Both the position numbers and the translations under genes were made by a program. From an uncultured Nitrospinota bacterium (GTDB lineage: Bacteria > Tectomicrobia > Entotheonellia > J063 > CAVPRW01), in contig CAVPRW010000016.1 in assembly GCA_963707985.1 (NCBI GenBank), positions 1 to 64,000 on the forward strand: a stretch of 64,000 bases of DNA, in the 5' to 3' direction. Shown here in pieces: positions 32,483-44,184 of the stretch; within the stretch, counting starts at the first letter, position 1, and every line of letters starts with the position of its first letter. The notes beneath the pieces are model-generated. The model did no database searches. It saw only the letters and a list, made by a program, of their open reading frames with translations, and had not been told where the DNA came from.

Positions 32483-33454
32483 ATGCAACGCGGATACAGC
32501 AGCAAATTCGATGAACTCTTGTATGCTGGAACGATCGGGCAGGGAGTACAACGCAGTCGCGATGGCGGCGAGCACTGGGAGGCCATCAATTATGGCTTAC
32601 CACCACAGTGCGATGTGCGCGCGTTGGTCGCGCACCCTCAACATCATAGTCTCCTGTTCGCTGGCACCGACCATGGCTGTTTTCGTAGCCAGGATGGCGG
32701 CTTAAGCTGGAAGTCGATTCGCAGCATCGACGAGACCATCGAGGTGTGGAGCCTGTATATCTGTCCTCAAGATCCCGACCTGATGTTTGCCGGTACACGT
32801 CCAGCGCGGGTGTATGGCAGCCACGATGGAGGACGGACCTGGGCGCAACTAGCGTTGGAGCTCCCGGCCACGACGCGGATCACAGGCATCGCAGTTGACC
32901 CCGAAGATACCGAGACCATCTATGTGGGTGTAGAAGTGGGTGGTCTGCTGCGGAGCGTGGATGCGGGCCATCGGTGGGAGACGATCAATGAGGGGCTCAC
33001 GGACCCTGATGTGCATGCGCTCTGCGTGTGCGCTTCGTCGCCGCCCACCTTACATGTGGCCACAGCCTCGGATATTTTTCGGAGTAATGATTGGGGCGAG
33101 CATTGGGAGGCACTGCGCCTGAAAGATGATCTGCCCTTGACCTATTTTCGGAGTCTGATGGTCACTCCCGACAACCCCGACGTGCTGTATGCCACGGCAG
33201 GTGTGGCGCCCTTTGGTGATGAAGGCGCCCTGTATCGCTCCGTCGATATGGGGGCAACCTGGACACGGTTCCAGGGAGACGTCGCTCTGCAGAGCACCCT
33301 GTGGACGGTCACCATGAACCCCCTCCAGCCCCGCCATCTGTTCGCCGGCACGCTATGCGGGCAACTCGTGGGGACATTCGATGGCGGGCGCACTTGGCAC
33401 GAGTATGCCACGGGGTTTGAGGATCTGCGCGTGCTGCTCTGTCTGCCCTCGTAA
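32483..33454 (+). CDS. BNR/Asp-box beta-propeller protein (YCF48-like)
   Basis: Repeated RSxDGGxxW motifs. Confidence 0.8.
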   Translation: MQRGYSSKFDELLYAGTIGQGVQRSRDGGEHWEAINYGLPPQCDVRALVAHPQHHSLLFAGTDHGCFRSQDGGLSWKSIRSIDETIEVWSLYICPQDPDLMFAGTRPARVYGSHDGGRTWAQLALELPATTRITGIAVDPEDTETIYVGVEVGGLLRSVDAGHRWETINEGLTDPDVHALCVCASSPPTLHVATASDIFRSNDWGEHWEALRLKDDLPLTYFRSLMVTPDNPDVLYATAGVAPFGDEGALYRSVDMGATWTRFQGDVALQSTLWTVTMNPLQPRHLFAGTLCGQLVGTFDGGRTWHEYATGFEDLRVLLCLPS

Positions 33455-33561
33455 ATTGGGTCACAGCTCAAGGTTCAAGGTCTAGCGTTGGAGGCATAGT
33501 GTCTCTGGACGGTGAGCTCTGTGGTAGCCGCTCACCTGAAGCGCTTGTGAAGGATAGGGCG

Positions 33562-35514
33562 ATGTCCATTGTTCACACGACTTGCACCCGCGACTGCCCC
33601 GACGCCTGCGCGGTGATCGCCCACGTCGAGAGTGACCGGGTGGTTCGCCTGGAGGGCAATGCCAAACATCCACTCACACGTGGATTTCTGTGCAAAAAGA
33701 CTTATCAATACCCCTCACGAGTCTATAGCTCAACCCGTATCCTGCACCCCCTCCAGCGCACCAAAGGGGGGTGGCGCCGCATTACCTGGGGTGACGCCTT
33801 CGACACGCTGGCTGAGTGGCTCACCACCCTGAAGGCCCAGGATGGGTCGCTGGCGGTACTGCATTATCAGAGTGCAGGCTCCATGGGCCTCCTGAAAGCG
33901 CTCAATAGTCGCTTTTTCAACCTCTGGGGTGGGGTCACTGAAGCCGTGGGAAGCCTGTGTGCGGGGGCGGGAATCGCTGGACAGATCAGCAGCTATGGCG
34001 CCGTGCGTAGCCACGCTCCCGAAGATCTTTTGAATAGCCGGACGATTCTGATCTGGGGACGGAACCCCATGGTCACCAATATTCATATGCTCCCCTTGCT
34101 GAAGGCCGCCAGGGAACGCGGGGCAACGGTGGTGGTCATTGATCCCCGCCGCACGGACACGGTGAAGTATGCTGATCAGCATGTGGCATTGAAGCCAGGG
34201 GGCGACGCTTATCTGGCCATCGGCCTGGCACAGTCGCTGTTGCGGCAAGGGCTGGTGGACTGGGAGTTCCTGATCACCGCCACGGCCAATCTGACCGATT
34301 TTAGACGTCTGCTAGAGGGTGTCGATCAGGAGACGATTCTCGACCACACAGGATTATCGGCCGAGACGATCGATACCCTAGCGCATCGCTATGGCACTCA
34401 GAAGCCGGGGAGCATTCATCTAGGCATGGGACCGCAGCGCTGGATGACCGGAGCCGAGGTGTTCCAACTGATCGATGCATTGGCGGCCTTCACGGGCAAT
34501 ATTGGCGTGCCCGGTGGTGGCGTGAATTACGCCTCCCGCCTGCCGGCATTGATCGACCAGTCATGGATGGCCGCGGATCACGCAAAAGTCCGGCGCCTGG
34601 TGTTGCGACCAAGCATCGGGCGTGACCTACTGGAAACCCATGATCCACCTATCCGCCTCGCCTGGGTCTGCGGCGCCAATCCCGTCACCCAGGCCCTCAA
34701 CTCCGATCTGGTACGCCAGGCGCTGGCGCGCATCGAGCACGTGGTGGTCAATGATATCTACCTCACGGACACCGCCCAGTACGCCCATCTATTTTTGCCG
34801 ACCACGACGTTTGTGGAAGAGGAAGACCTGCTGGTGACGGATTGGTGGAACGCCTATTTCAGCTACGTGCGACCGGTGGTCCCGCCCTGTGGTGAGGCCA
34901 GATCGGACCTGGCGATCTTTCAAGGCCTGGCCGCGCGCCTCGGATTTGGCGCTGAAATGGCCGGCACACCGGGCGAATGGCTTAGCCGACTGACCGCGCC
35001 GATGCAGGGCTATGGCATCACTCTAGAGCGCCTGCGGGCTGCGGGCTGGGTACGTCACCCGCTAGCGCAGGATGTGCCGTTTGCGGATCGGCAATTTTAT
35101 ACACCCTCACAAAAATTCGAGTTTCTCACGGCCTGGGGAGAGGATTTCCGCCCGACAGTCGGCTACCCACTCTATTTGATTACCGGTAAAACGAACACCC
35201 GACTGAACTCGCAGGTGCTCGATCGCGACCGCGACCAGCTGCCCCAGGTATGGGCACATCCTCAGGTGCTGGCAGAGGCGGGGCTGGCGCCGGGAGAAGA
35301 GGCACTGGTCGAATCGCCGTACGGTAGCATGCGGGTCCGCATCCAAGTTGATGCCGTACAACGTCGCGATACACTCTTCACCAATCAGGGGACATGGCTC
35401 GGGGCTGGTGGCACACCAAACCAGTTGACTGGCAACGTCATCAGCCATCATGGCCAATTAGGGGCGTTTAATCACATCTCAGTGCGACTGGTACAGCCAC
35501 AGCATCATTTGTAA
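33562..35514 (+). CDS. Molybdopterin-dependent oxidoreductase (DMSO reductase superfamily)
   Basis: CTRDCPDAC...GFLCKK, WGRNP, VIDPRRT, TDTAQYAHLFLP. Confidence 0.9.
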   Translation: MSIVHTTCTRDCPDACAVIAHVESDRVVRLEGNAKHPLTRGFLCKKTYQYPSRVYSSTRILHPLQRTKGGWRRITWGDAFDTLAEWLTTLKAQDGSLAVLHYQSAGSMGLLKALNSRFFNLWGGVTEAVGSLCAGAGIAGQISSYGAVRSHAPEDLLNSRTILIWGRNPMVTNIHMLPLLKAARERGATVVVIDPRRTDTVKYADQHVALKPGGDAYLAIGLAQSLLRQGLVDWEFLITATANLTDFRRLLEGVDQETILDHTGLSAETIDTLAHRYGTQKPGSIHLGMGPQRWMTGAEVFQLIDALAAFTGNIGVPGGGVNYASRLPALIDQSWMAADHAKVRRLVLRPSIGRDLLETHDPPIRLAWVCGANPVTQALNSDLVRQALARIEHVVVNDIYLTDTAQYAHLFLPTTTFVEEEDLLVTDWWNAYFSYVRPVVPPCGEARSDLAIFQGLAARLGFGAEMAGTPGEWLSRLTAPMQGYGITLERLRAAGWVRHPLAQDVPFADRQFYTPSQKFEFLTAWGEDFRPTVGYPLYLITGKTNTRLNSQVLDRDRDQLPQVWAHPQVLAEAGLAPGEEALVESPYGSMRVRIQVDAVQRRDTLFTNQGTWLGAGGTPNQLTGNVISHHGQLGAFNHISVRLVQPQHHL

Positions 35515-35561
35515 CCAATTGATCGCCCCCCCACAACCCCTCAGAAGAGTGGGTTTGTCGT

Positions 35562-35595
35562 CCCCTCTCCCGCCGGGAGAGGGTCAGGGTGAGGG
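35562..35595. repeat. REP-like palindromic element
   Basis: CCCCTCTCCCGCCGGGAGAGGGTCAGGGTGAGGG in an intergenic gap. Confidence 0.6.
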
Positions 35596-35656
35596 ATGTA
35601 GGGCGGTCATCGATCTCTCGAAGGGACAGGCAAATACAAGGAAGGAATCGTCAGAG

Positions 35657-36832
35657 ATGAACCCCGAATCACCGGTCATGCACCAGCAACCTCAAGGATT
35701 TTTAGCGGCCGCGAAAAATGTTGGCATCAAGGATGAGACGCTCGACATGACGGTGATCTATTCCACGGTGCGAGCGCGGGCAGCCGCCATGTTCACCCGT
35801 AGCCGATTTCCCGGTGCACCGGTCATCGTCGGGCGGGCGCACATCTCTGATGGCTTCGCCCAGGCGATCGTGGTGAATAGTAAGAACGCCAATGTGGCGA
35901 CTGGCCAGCGCGGCATCGAGGATGCGGTCGAGATGTGTCGACTGGTGGCTGGTGAGCTAGGGATCGACACGCGCGATGTGCTGCCCTTCTCGACCGGGGT
36001 CATCGGGCGACATTTGCCGATGGACAAGATCCGTGCCGGTCTGAAGGGGATTCGTGATGAGCTTCGTCCAAATAACCTGGAGCTCGCGGCGCGTGCCATC
36101 ATGACCACGGACATGTACCCCAAGTATGTCTCGCGGCCAGTGGGGTCTGCGGTCGTGGCCGGCATTGCCAAAGGGGCAGGGATGATCGAGCCCAACATGG
36201 CGACGATGCTCGCCTACATCATGACCGATGCCGATCTGCCTGCGCATACGCTGCGCCCGATGCTGCGGCGCGTGGTGGACCGCTCGTTCAATGCCATCAG
36301 CATCGACACCGATACCAGCACCAGCGATACCGTGGTACTGATGGCCAACGGCCTAGCGGGAGCGGTGAATCGGCGTGCCTTCGAGGCAGCGTTGATTGAA
36401 GTCTGTGAGTATCTGGCGCGCGAAATCGCCCGCAACGGCGAGGGTGCCAGCAAACTCCTGACGGTGCAGGTCAGCGGCGCCAAGAATCCCCGCCAGGCAA
36501 AGTTCGTCGCCAAAGCCGTGGTGAACTCGCCGCTGGTGAAAACGGCGGTGTATGGTTGTGATCCCAATTGGGGGCGTGTTGTCATGGCGGTGGGGAAATG
36601 CGCCGACGAACAAGACATCGAACCCAATCGCACGACCATTCGCTTCGGTCCGACCGCCGTCTTCGAGTTAGGCTCACCAGTCGAATGCGATCTGGAGGCC
36701 TTGCAGAAATATCTCGGGCAAAAAGAGGTAGAAATCGGCGTGGATTTGGGGATTGGGAACGCTTCAGCGCGGGTCTGGGGCTGCGATCTGACCGAAGGTT
36801 ATGTGAAGGAAAACGCCTACTATACGACCTAA
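35657..36832 (+). CDS. argJ: Bifunctional ornithine acetyltransferase / N-acetylglutamate synthase
   Basis: NSKNAN, STGVIG, IMTTD, KGAGMIEPNMATML, DTDTSTSD, DPNWGR. Confidence 0.95.
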   Translation: MNPESPVMHQQPQGFLAAAKNVGIKDETLDMTVIYSTVRARAAAMFTRSRFPGAPVIVGRAHISDGFAQAIVVNSKNANVATGQRGIEDAVEMCRLVAGELGIDTRDVLPFSTGVIGRHLPMDKIRAGLKGIRDELRPNNLELAARAIMTTDMYPKYVSRPVGSAVVAGIAKGAGMIEPNMATMLAYIMTDADLPAHTLRPMLRRVVDRSFNAISIDTDTSTSDTVVLMANGLAGAVNRRAFEAALIEVCEYLAREIARNGEGASKLLTVQVSGAKNPRQAKFVAKAVVNSPLVKTAVYGCDPNWGRVVMAVGKCADEQDIEPNRTTIRFGPTAVFELGSPVECDLEALQKYLGQKEVEIGVDLGIGNASARVWGCDLTEGYVKENAYYTT

Positions 36833-36844
36833 GCTCACCACCCT

Positions 36845-38056
<1,212 letters not shown>

Positions 38057-38125
38057 TTCCTCGTCATCACCAGGCATCCTCGCGATTTCCCCGGCGCGTA
38101 CCATAACGGCAGACTGGGAGCCCGG

Positions 38126-38936
38126 TCAAGCACCGGTGCAGTCCAGGAAGCGCACCTCGGCGGACGTGAGCGTCACCAATGCGCCGTCATCTTGACGCAA
38201 CCCCAGACGGCCGGCTCGATCGATGCTCTCAGCCGTGCCTTCCCAGGTTGTACCAGGCGTTCGGGCGCGGATGCGTCGGCCATGCATGAGCGAGCGCGCC
38301 TCCCATGCCGCCTGCAAGACCGTCTCCCCTTGGCTGATGAACCGGGTATACCACGCTTCCAGGCTCCCCATGAGGGCAGCTAGCAACTCCTCTCGGGCAA
38401 TCTCGCGCCCCAAGGACACCTGTAACGATGTCGACAGGCTGGGCCACTGATCCCAGATGCTCATCTAGGTCCGCCTCGGTCATGTTAACGTTGACGCCGA
38501 TGCCAACCACCACGAACCGGACAGCATCCTGGTGCGTTTCCATCTCCGTCAAGATCCCCGCCACTTTGCGCTGCTGAATGAGGACGTCGTTGGGCCACTT
38601 GATGCCGCAGACGGCCCCCTCCTGACGCAGGGTATCGACCAGTGCCACAGCTGCCAGGAGCGATAGCAGTGGCGCCTGTGCAGGGGTAATCAATGGGCGC
38701 AGAAGCAGGGATACATAGAGGTTGCGCTGCGGTGGCGAGATCCACACCTTGTCAGCCTGGCCGCGACCTGCCGTTTGTTCATCGGCGAGCACGATGGTGC
38801 CTTCGGGCTCTCCTTGCCGCCCCAGTGCGTATAGGAAAGTATTCGTTGAAATCAGCACGTCGAAGGCAAGGCACTGTTGCCCCATCACACGCGTCCGCAG
38901 CAGACGCTGAAAACGCTCAACATCGAAAGGTGGCAT
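38126..38936 (-). CDS. birA: Biotin-[acetyl-CoA carboxylase] ligase, one frameshift near 38440
   Basis: STN, ADEQTAGRGQ, IKWPND, KVAGILTE, GIGVNVN; C-terminal domain in another frame. Confidence 0.85.
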
Positions 38937-39114
38937 GAATGTTTCTCTTCGCCGTCGGATCAGTGTTGCCCCGTGCACTGCCACACTGTGGCATGGCTGA
39001 GGCCTCCTGTCAATTCCATCATGGCTAGCGGCACCTAGGGCGCTCGACCTTAGGAAAGGTCCCCTGCTATAATGAAATTTTACGATAGGCGAATCTCGAT
39101 CAGGAGGGAGATAT

Positions 39115-40101
39115 ATGAAAGTCATCGTGCCTGTTGCTGGCAAGGGAACGCGCTTGCGCCCTCACACGCATACCAAACCGAAGTCGCTGGTGCGAGTGGC
39201 AGGCAAGCCGATTCTTGGCCATCTCGTCGACCGTATTCGCTCATTACCCATGGAGGAATTGATCCTCATTATCGACCCCGATGAGTCGAAAGAAGCGAGC
39301 ATCCGACAGTTCCTCGACGCCACAGCGCCGGTGCCTGTGCGCTATGTGCGCCAGACAGAGCTCAAGGGCCCCGCGCACGCGATCTTTCTGGCTCGCCAGT
39401 ACATCGATCAGGACGTCCTGATCATCTTCAACGATACGTTGTTCGACGCCGACCTTAGCCAGATCGGGACCCATCAAGCCGATGGCATGATTTGGGTGCG
39501 TGAGGTAGACGACCCACGACGCTTTGGCCTCGTGGAACTTGAGGGTGACCGTATCGTGCGTCTCGTTGAGAAGCCGGAACTGCCACTCTCGAACCTGGCG
39601 ATGATCGGGATGTACTACCTGAAGGACGGGCCTGGCCTGATGCAATACATCGAACGGGTGATGCACGCAGGGCGGACGGTTAAGGGAGAGTTTTATCTCC
39701 CCGATCCCCTGCAGCTCATGCTGGATGAGGACTATCACCTTGAGGCGGCTCCGGTGCAGGGCTGGTATGATTGCGGTACGATCGAGGCCCTCCTCGACAC
39801 CAACCGTGTGCTCCTGGAAAATGGCCATCAGCGACTCATTGATACCATCGATTCGGTGATCATTCCGCCTGTATGCATCGAGGCCGGGGCCCATATTCGT
39901 CGATCCGTCATCGGGCCGTACGTCTCCATCGCCTCCCAGGCCGTGGTGGAACACTCGATTATCAGGGACAGTATCATCAACGAAGGAGCGATGGTCCACG
40001 ATGCCCTCCTGCAGCGTTCCCTGATTGGCGAGCAGGCGTTTGTCAAGGGAGGATATAAACGGCTTAATGTGGGGGATTCTTCAGCTGTGCAGGGCGAGTA
40101 G
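39115..40101 (+). CDS. Sugar-phosphate nucleotidyltransferase (long-form glucose-1-phosphate thymidylyltransferase-like)
   Basis: AGKGTRLRPHTHTKPK, VEKP, WYDCG, hexapeptide C terminus. Confidence 0.9.
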   Translation: MKVIVPVAGKGTRLRPHTHTKPKSLVRVAGKPILGHLVDRIRSLPMEELILIIDPDESKEASIRQFLDATAPVPVRYVRQTELKGPAHAIFLARQYIDQDVLIIFNDTLFDADLSQIGTHQADGMIWVREVDDPRRFGLVELEGDRIVRLVEKPELPLSNLAMIGMYYLKDGPGLMQYIERVMHAGRTVKGEFYLPDPLQLMLDEDYHLEAAPVQGWYDCGTIEALLDTNRVLLENGHQRLIDTIDSVIIPPVCIEAGAHIRRSVIGPYVSIASQAVVEHSIIRDSIINEGAMVHDALLQRSLIGEQAFVKGGYKRLNVGDSSAVQGE

Positions 40102-40184
40102 GACCTCCCTCCTCCCACTCCTGTGAGCTCATCCTGATAGGTACGATCTGTCCATCGTTCTGCTTGGGCCATAAAGGATAGCGC

Positions 40185-41849
40185 ATGATCAGCTGGTTTG
40201 ATACCCTGCGCGACCTTCCCCGTCTACGTGAAATCGGTCGTGTCTTGTTACGACACGGCTTCGGCCATGTGGCTCAGCGCCTGCGCCTCCCCGGGGTGCG
40301 CTGGTGGCGACGGCGACAGCCCGTCCCCGACGTGATCGCGTTTTCACTCCCCGAGCGTCTACGGATGATTTTCGAAGAGCTCGGGCCTACCTTCATCAAA
40401 TTCGGTCAGATCCTCAGCATTCGGCGAGATGTGCTGCCTGAGGAGTATGTCAGCGAATTCGAAAAGTTGCAGGATGCGGTGCCTCCTTTCTCGTATGCCG
40501 AGGTGGCGCGGCTGATCGCTGAGGAGTTTGGGCGGGATGTCAAGGACGTCTTCGAAGAGTTTGCCTCCGAGCCATTGGCCTCGGCGTCTATTGCCCAGGC
40601 CCACCTGGCGCGCACGAAAACCGGGCAGGAGGTCATCGTCAAAGTGCAGCGCCCGCAAATTCGTCAGATGATCTTGAAGGATCTGGCCATCATGGAGCAT
40701 CTGGCGCACATGGTGGCCCGCCGTATCCCCGAGAGTCGGCGCTATGACCCGGTGGGGCTGGTCGAGGAATTCCGCAAAACCATCCTATTGGAACTGGATT
40801 TTCGACGCGAAGGGCGCAATGCTGATCGGCTTCGAGAGCATCTGCGCGACATGTCGGGGATCGTGGTGCCACAGGTGTTTTGGGAATATTCGGCGCCGCG
40901 TGTGCTCACCATCGAGTACATGGTCGGTCAGGGATTGCGCGAAGTGCTCAGACGCTCAGCAGACGATCGCCACCACATCGCGGCCAATCTCTATAAGGCC
41001 TTTCTGAAACAAATCTTCGAGGACGGCTTCTTCCACGCTGATCCCCACCCTGGTAATCTTCTGTTCTTGTCCGATGGCCGTGTCGGATTGCTTGATTTCG
41101 GTATCGTCGGACGCGTGTCGCGCGATCGTTTGGCTGGGTTGGTGACGATCTTGCTGGCCATGATGGAACAGGACGTCGAGACGCTCTTGGATGAATGTAT
41201 CGTGCTCGGGTTGATGCCGGCGGATTTGGATCGGCGGACCATGCAGTATGAAATCGATGAGTTGCTGGCGGAGCATTTGGACCTGCCTTTACGCGATATC
41301 TCTCTCGCTCACATCCTCGAAACCCTGTTCGAGATGGGGCGCAAGCATCATCTGAAGGTGCACTCGAATCTGGTGTTGTTAGGGAAAACGATGATGACCC
41401 TTGAGGCGGTGATTCGAGCCCTCGATCCCGCCTTTGCGCTGGTGGAAGAAGCGCGCTGGGAGGTCGAACGCCTCATGCGCAGCCGGCTGTCAGCGGATAC
41501 TCTGCTCAAAACCGGCTGGCGCACGACCCGTCAAGTCTTGCATCTCACGCGCCGATTGCCGCAACGCTTGGAGCGCATTCTCCAGTCTGTCGAAGATGGC
41601 CGCGTGCGGGTGGAGTTGACGCCTGTCACAGAAGCGCATGTCCTCCAACAGTGGGAGCAAATGTGGCATCGTGCCGTGCGCGGGGCGATGGTCTGCGCCT
41701 TGATCATCGGTGGTTCCCTGCTCATCCAGGCGCACATCGGCCCTGTGGTCAAGGGACTGTCGATTGCCGGCTTGCTCGGCTATGGCTTGGCCCTGATGCT
41801 TGGTCTTCCCCTCCTGCGCTCGCTGAAACGTCGAGATGGGGACTGGTAA
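40185..41849 (+). CDS. ABC1/UbiB-family kinase
   Basis: LGPTFIKFGQ, ASASIAQ, KVQRP, FFHADPHPGN, LDFG; C-terminal TM helices. Confidence 0.92.
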   Translation: MISWFDTLRDLPRLREIGRVLLRHGFGHVAQRLRLPGVRWWRRRQPVPDVIAFSLPERLRMIFEELGPTFIKFGQILSIRRDVLPEEYVSEFEKLQDAVPPFSYAEVARLIAEEFGRDVKDVFEEFASEPLASASIAQAHLARTKTGQEVIVKVQRPQIRQMILKDLAIMEHLAHMVARRIPESRRYDPVGLVEEFRKTILLELDFRREGRNADRLREHLRDMSGIVVPQVFWEYSAPRVLTIEYMVGQGLREVLRRSADDRHHIAANLYKAFLKQIFEDGFFHADPHPGNLLFLSDGRVGLLDFGIVGRVSRDRLAGLVTILLAMMEQDVETLLDECIVLGLMPADLDRRTMQYEIDELLAEHLDLPLRDISLAHILETLFEMGRKHHLKVHSNLVLLGKTMMTLEAVIRALDPAFALVEEARWEVERLMRSRLSADTLLKTGWRTTRQVLHLTRRLPQRLERILQSVEDGRVRVELTPVTEAHVLQQWEQMWHRAVRGAMVCALIIGGSLLIQAHIGPVVKGLSIAGLLGYGLALMLGLPLLRSLKRRDGDW

Positions 41850-41921
41850 GAGCCCAGTCCAAGGCACTGAGGACTCCGACCGAGTGTGGTTCTTCCACGG
41901 CGCAGTCGGCAATCCTGTTGC

Positions 41922-43193
41922 TCATGGAAAGAGCCCGCGCACACGTTCGCCCTGAGCCACTTTGCCGACTCCTAGCATCAGCGCCGCGGTGCGCATGTCG
42001 ACTTGGGCACGCTCGGCCTCAGCAGACACCTCTCGGAAGGCTTTGATCAGCACCTGCCTGAGACGACGGTTGATCTGCGTTTCGGTCCAGAAGTAATTTT
42101 GCAGATCTTGCACCCATTCGAAATACGACACGGTGACCCCGCCGGCATTGCAGAGGACGTCTGGGACGACAAAAATATCGCGTTGGCGCAGGATGACATC
42201 CGCTTCGGGGGTCGTGGGGCCGTTGGCTGCCTCGGCCAGGATTCGACACTGAATGGCTGGGGCATTATCCATGGTGATCTGGCGTTCCAGCGCTGCAGGC
42301 ACCAGAATGTCACAGGGCAGGGTCAGCAGGTCAGCATTGGTGATGACTGCAGCCTCTGGGAAGTCGACGATCGTTTTCTTCTCCTGCTGGTGCTTTAACA
42401 GCTTCGGGATGTCAAGGCCACGGTCGTGATAGATGCCACCCTGGACGTCGCTGACCGCGATGACGCGGGCTCCCAACTCATGCATGAGCGCGGCAGTGAC
42501 CGAGCCCACATTGCCAAACCCCTGGACCACAAGGCGTGCCCCCTGTATCGGCATCTTCTGCAGGGTGCACGCTTCCTGCACACAGTACACCACACCTCGC
42601 CCGGTGGCCTCCCTCCGCCCCAACGACCCACCGATGACGATGGGCTTACCGGTGACCACCCCAGGCACGGAATAGCCGACTTGCATGCTGTAGGTGTCCA
42701 TGATCCAGGCCATGGTTTCTTCATTGGTGTTCACATCAGGGGCAAGGATGTCGACCTGCGGGCCGATGACTAACAGGATCTCCTGGGTATAGCGGCGGGT
42801 GAGACGTTCGCGTTCACGAGCAGACATGGTCGTGGGATCACAATGGACACCCCCTTTGGCACCACCGAAGGGGAGTCCCACGAGGGCGCACTTCCACGTC
42901 ATCCACATCGCCAGGGCGCTGACATCCCCAAGGCTGACGCTCGGGTGATAGCGCAGCCCTCCCTTCCCTGGCCCAAGGACGAGATTGTGATGGACTCGAT
43001 ACCCAATGAACACCTGCGTCTCGCCATTATCCATCAGCACTGGGACGCTCACCACCATACAACGCTGTGGTAGCCTTAGCCTTGCCAGGATATCGCGCTC
43101 GAGCCCCAAACGCTCAGCTACCAGGTCGAGTTGGCGCACGGCCATGTGGTACGTATCGGAATCCATCTCGTTCTGCATCGATGGTACCGCCAT
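41922..43193 (-). CDS. Glu/Leu/Phe/Val dehydrogenase (probable glutamate dehydrogenase)
   Basis: GPGKGGLRYHP, GGAKGG, APDVNT, GFGNVG, EAANGP, NAGGVTVSYFEW. Confidence 0.93.
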   Translation of the reverse strand: MAVPSMQNEMDSDTYHMAVRQLDLVAERLGLERDILARLRLPQRCMVVSVPVLMDNGETQVFIGYRVHHNLVLGPGKGGLRYHPSVSLGDVSALAMWMTWKCALVGLPFGGAKGGVHCDPTTMSARERERLTRRYTQEILLVIGPQVDILAPDVNTNEETMAWIMDTYSMQVGYSVPGVVTGKPIVIGGSLGRREATGRGVVYCVQEACTLQKMPIQGARLVVQGFGNVGSVTAALMHELGARVIAVSDVQGGIYHDRGLDIPKLLKHQQEKKTIVDFPEAAVITNADLLTLPCDILVPAALERQITMDNAPAIQCRILAEAANGPTTPEADVILRQRDIFVVPDVLCNAGGVTVSYFEWVQDLQNYFWTETQINRRLRQVLIKAFREVSAEAERAQVDMRTAALMLGVGKVAQGERVRGLFP

Positions 43194-43776
43194 CCCCTTT
43201 CACCCCCCGTTCACAGGTTGGATACATGTCTGTCGGTAGCGTCGGAGTTGTCTCATGGCCCTGCACTTAGAGGACTATGGGCCCAGACAAGGCCTCAACA
43301 AGTTTCTTATTCTACTCCACAAATCTGGGTGTTCAACCATGATTGTTGCGGGCATAGGGGTGTGTTGCTCGGATATCCAGGGTGTGCTACAGTAGCGGCC
43401 GTTCGCCATCCAGCACTAGCGCCCTCTACAGCGGTGGTATGGTCCGAGGGTCCGCGGGCATGCCCGTGGTGTGCAGACCGGCTACGTCGGTCTCTGGATG
43501 ACGTTGGTAGCATATGGGGTGGTTCTGGTTATTGCCCCGTCGTGCTGAGCAACCGTCGCTGAATCGTTGGCCAGGGGACTGGAAAACGCTGTGGGGCGCT
43601 CGCCAGGTGACGGCTGGGTTGACAGAGCTGTTAAGGTGTGTATAAGTCAAGTGTCAAGCTGCGTCGCCGCTGGGTATGGCAGGCAAAGAGCTTGGCAAGT
43701 GTTGAGGATATTGGTACAATAGGAGCGAAATCTCCTGGTGGGACGTCAAGTACCCTTAGCATAAGGAGCTGGGAAC

Positions 43777-44082
43777 ATGGCCTATATCATCGCCGAACCC
43801 TGCATCGGCGTCAAGGACACCGCCTGCGTCAAGGTATGCCCGGTCGATTGCATCCATCCCACGTCGGAAGAGGGAGAATTCGACGACGCCGAGCAACTCT
43901 ACATCGATCCCGACACCTGCATCGACTGCGGTGTCTGTGAACCCGAATGTCCCGTCACCGCGATTTTTACGGCTGATGACACGCCGGACAAATGGCGCTC
44001 CTTCATCGAAAAGAATGCCGACTACTACAAGCTCGCGGGCGATGAATTCCAGTCCAAATGGGGTTCTGCCGGTAAAGAGTAG
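43777..44082 (+). CDS. Ferredoxin (7Fe/8Fe type)
   Basis: CIGVKDTACVKVCPVDCIH...CIDCGVCEPECP. Confidence 0.93.
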   Translation: MAYIIAEPCIGVKDTACVKVCPVDCIHPTSEEGEFDDAEQLYIDPDTCIDCGVCEPECPVTAIFTADDTPDKWRSFIEKNADYYKLAGDEFQSKWGSAGKE

Positions 44083-44184
44083 AAAGGGTTAACGTTCACC
44101 CCTCGTCAGGCTGGGCAGGGGGGAGCGGCTGATGGCTTGCTTCCCCCCTACTAGGCTGGTCAAAAACGGTCTCCCGACGAGCAC

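Noticed and set aside
32192..32575. N-terminal extension of the 882-aa Mo-subunit ORF
   Set aside because: Overlaps the divergent gene; family similarity and RBS begin at ATG 32191
43404..43503. SAM-I riboswitch (minus strand begins TCATCCAGAG)
   Set aside because: Lacks the GAGGGA/GGCCC P2 and GCAACC elements
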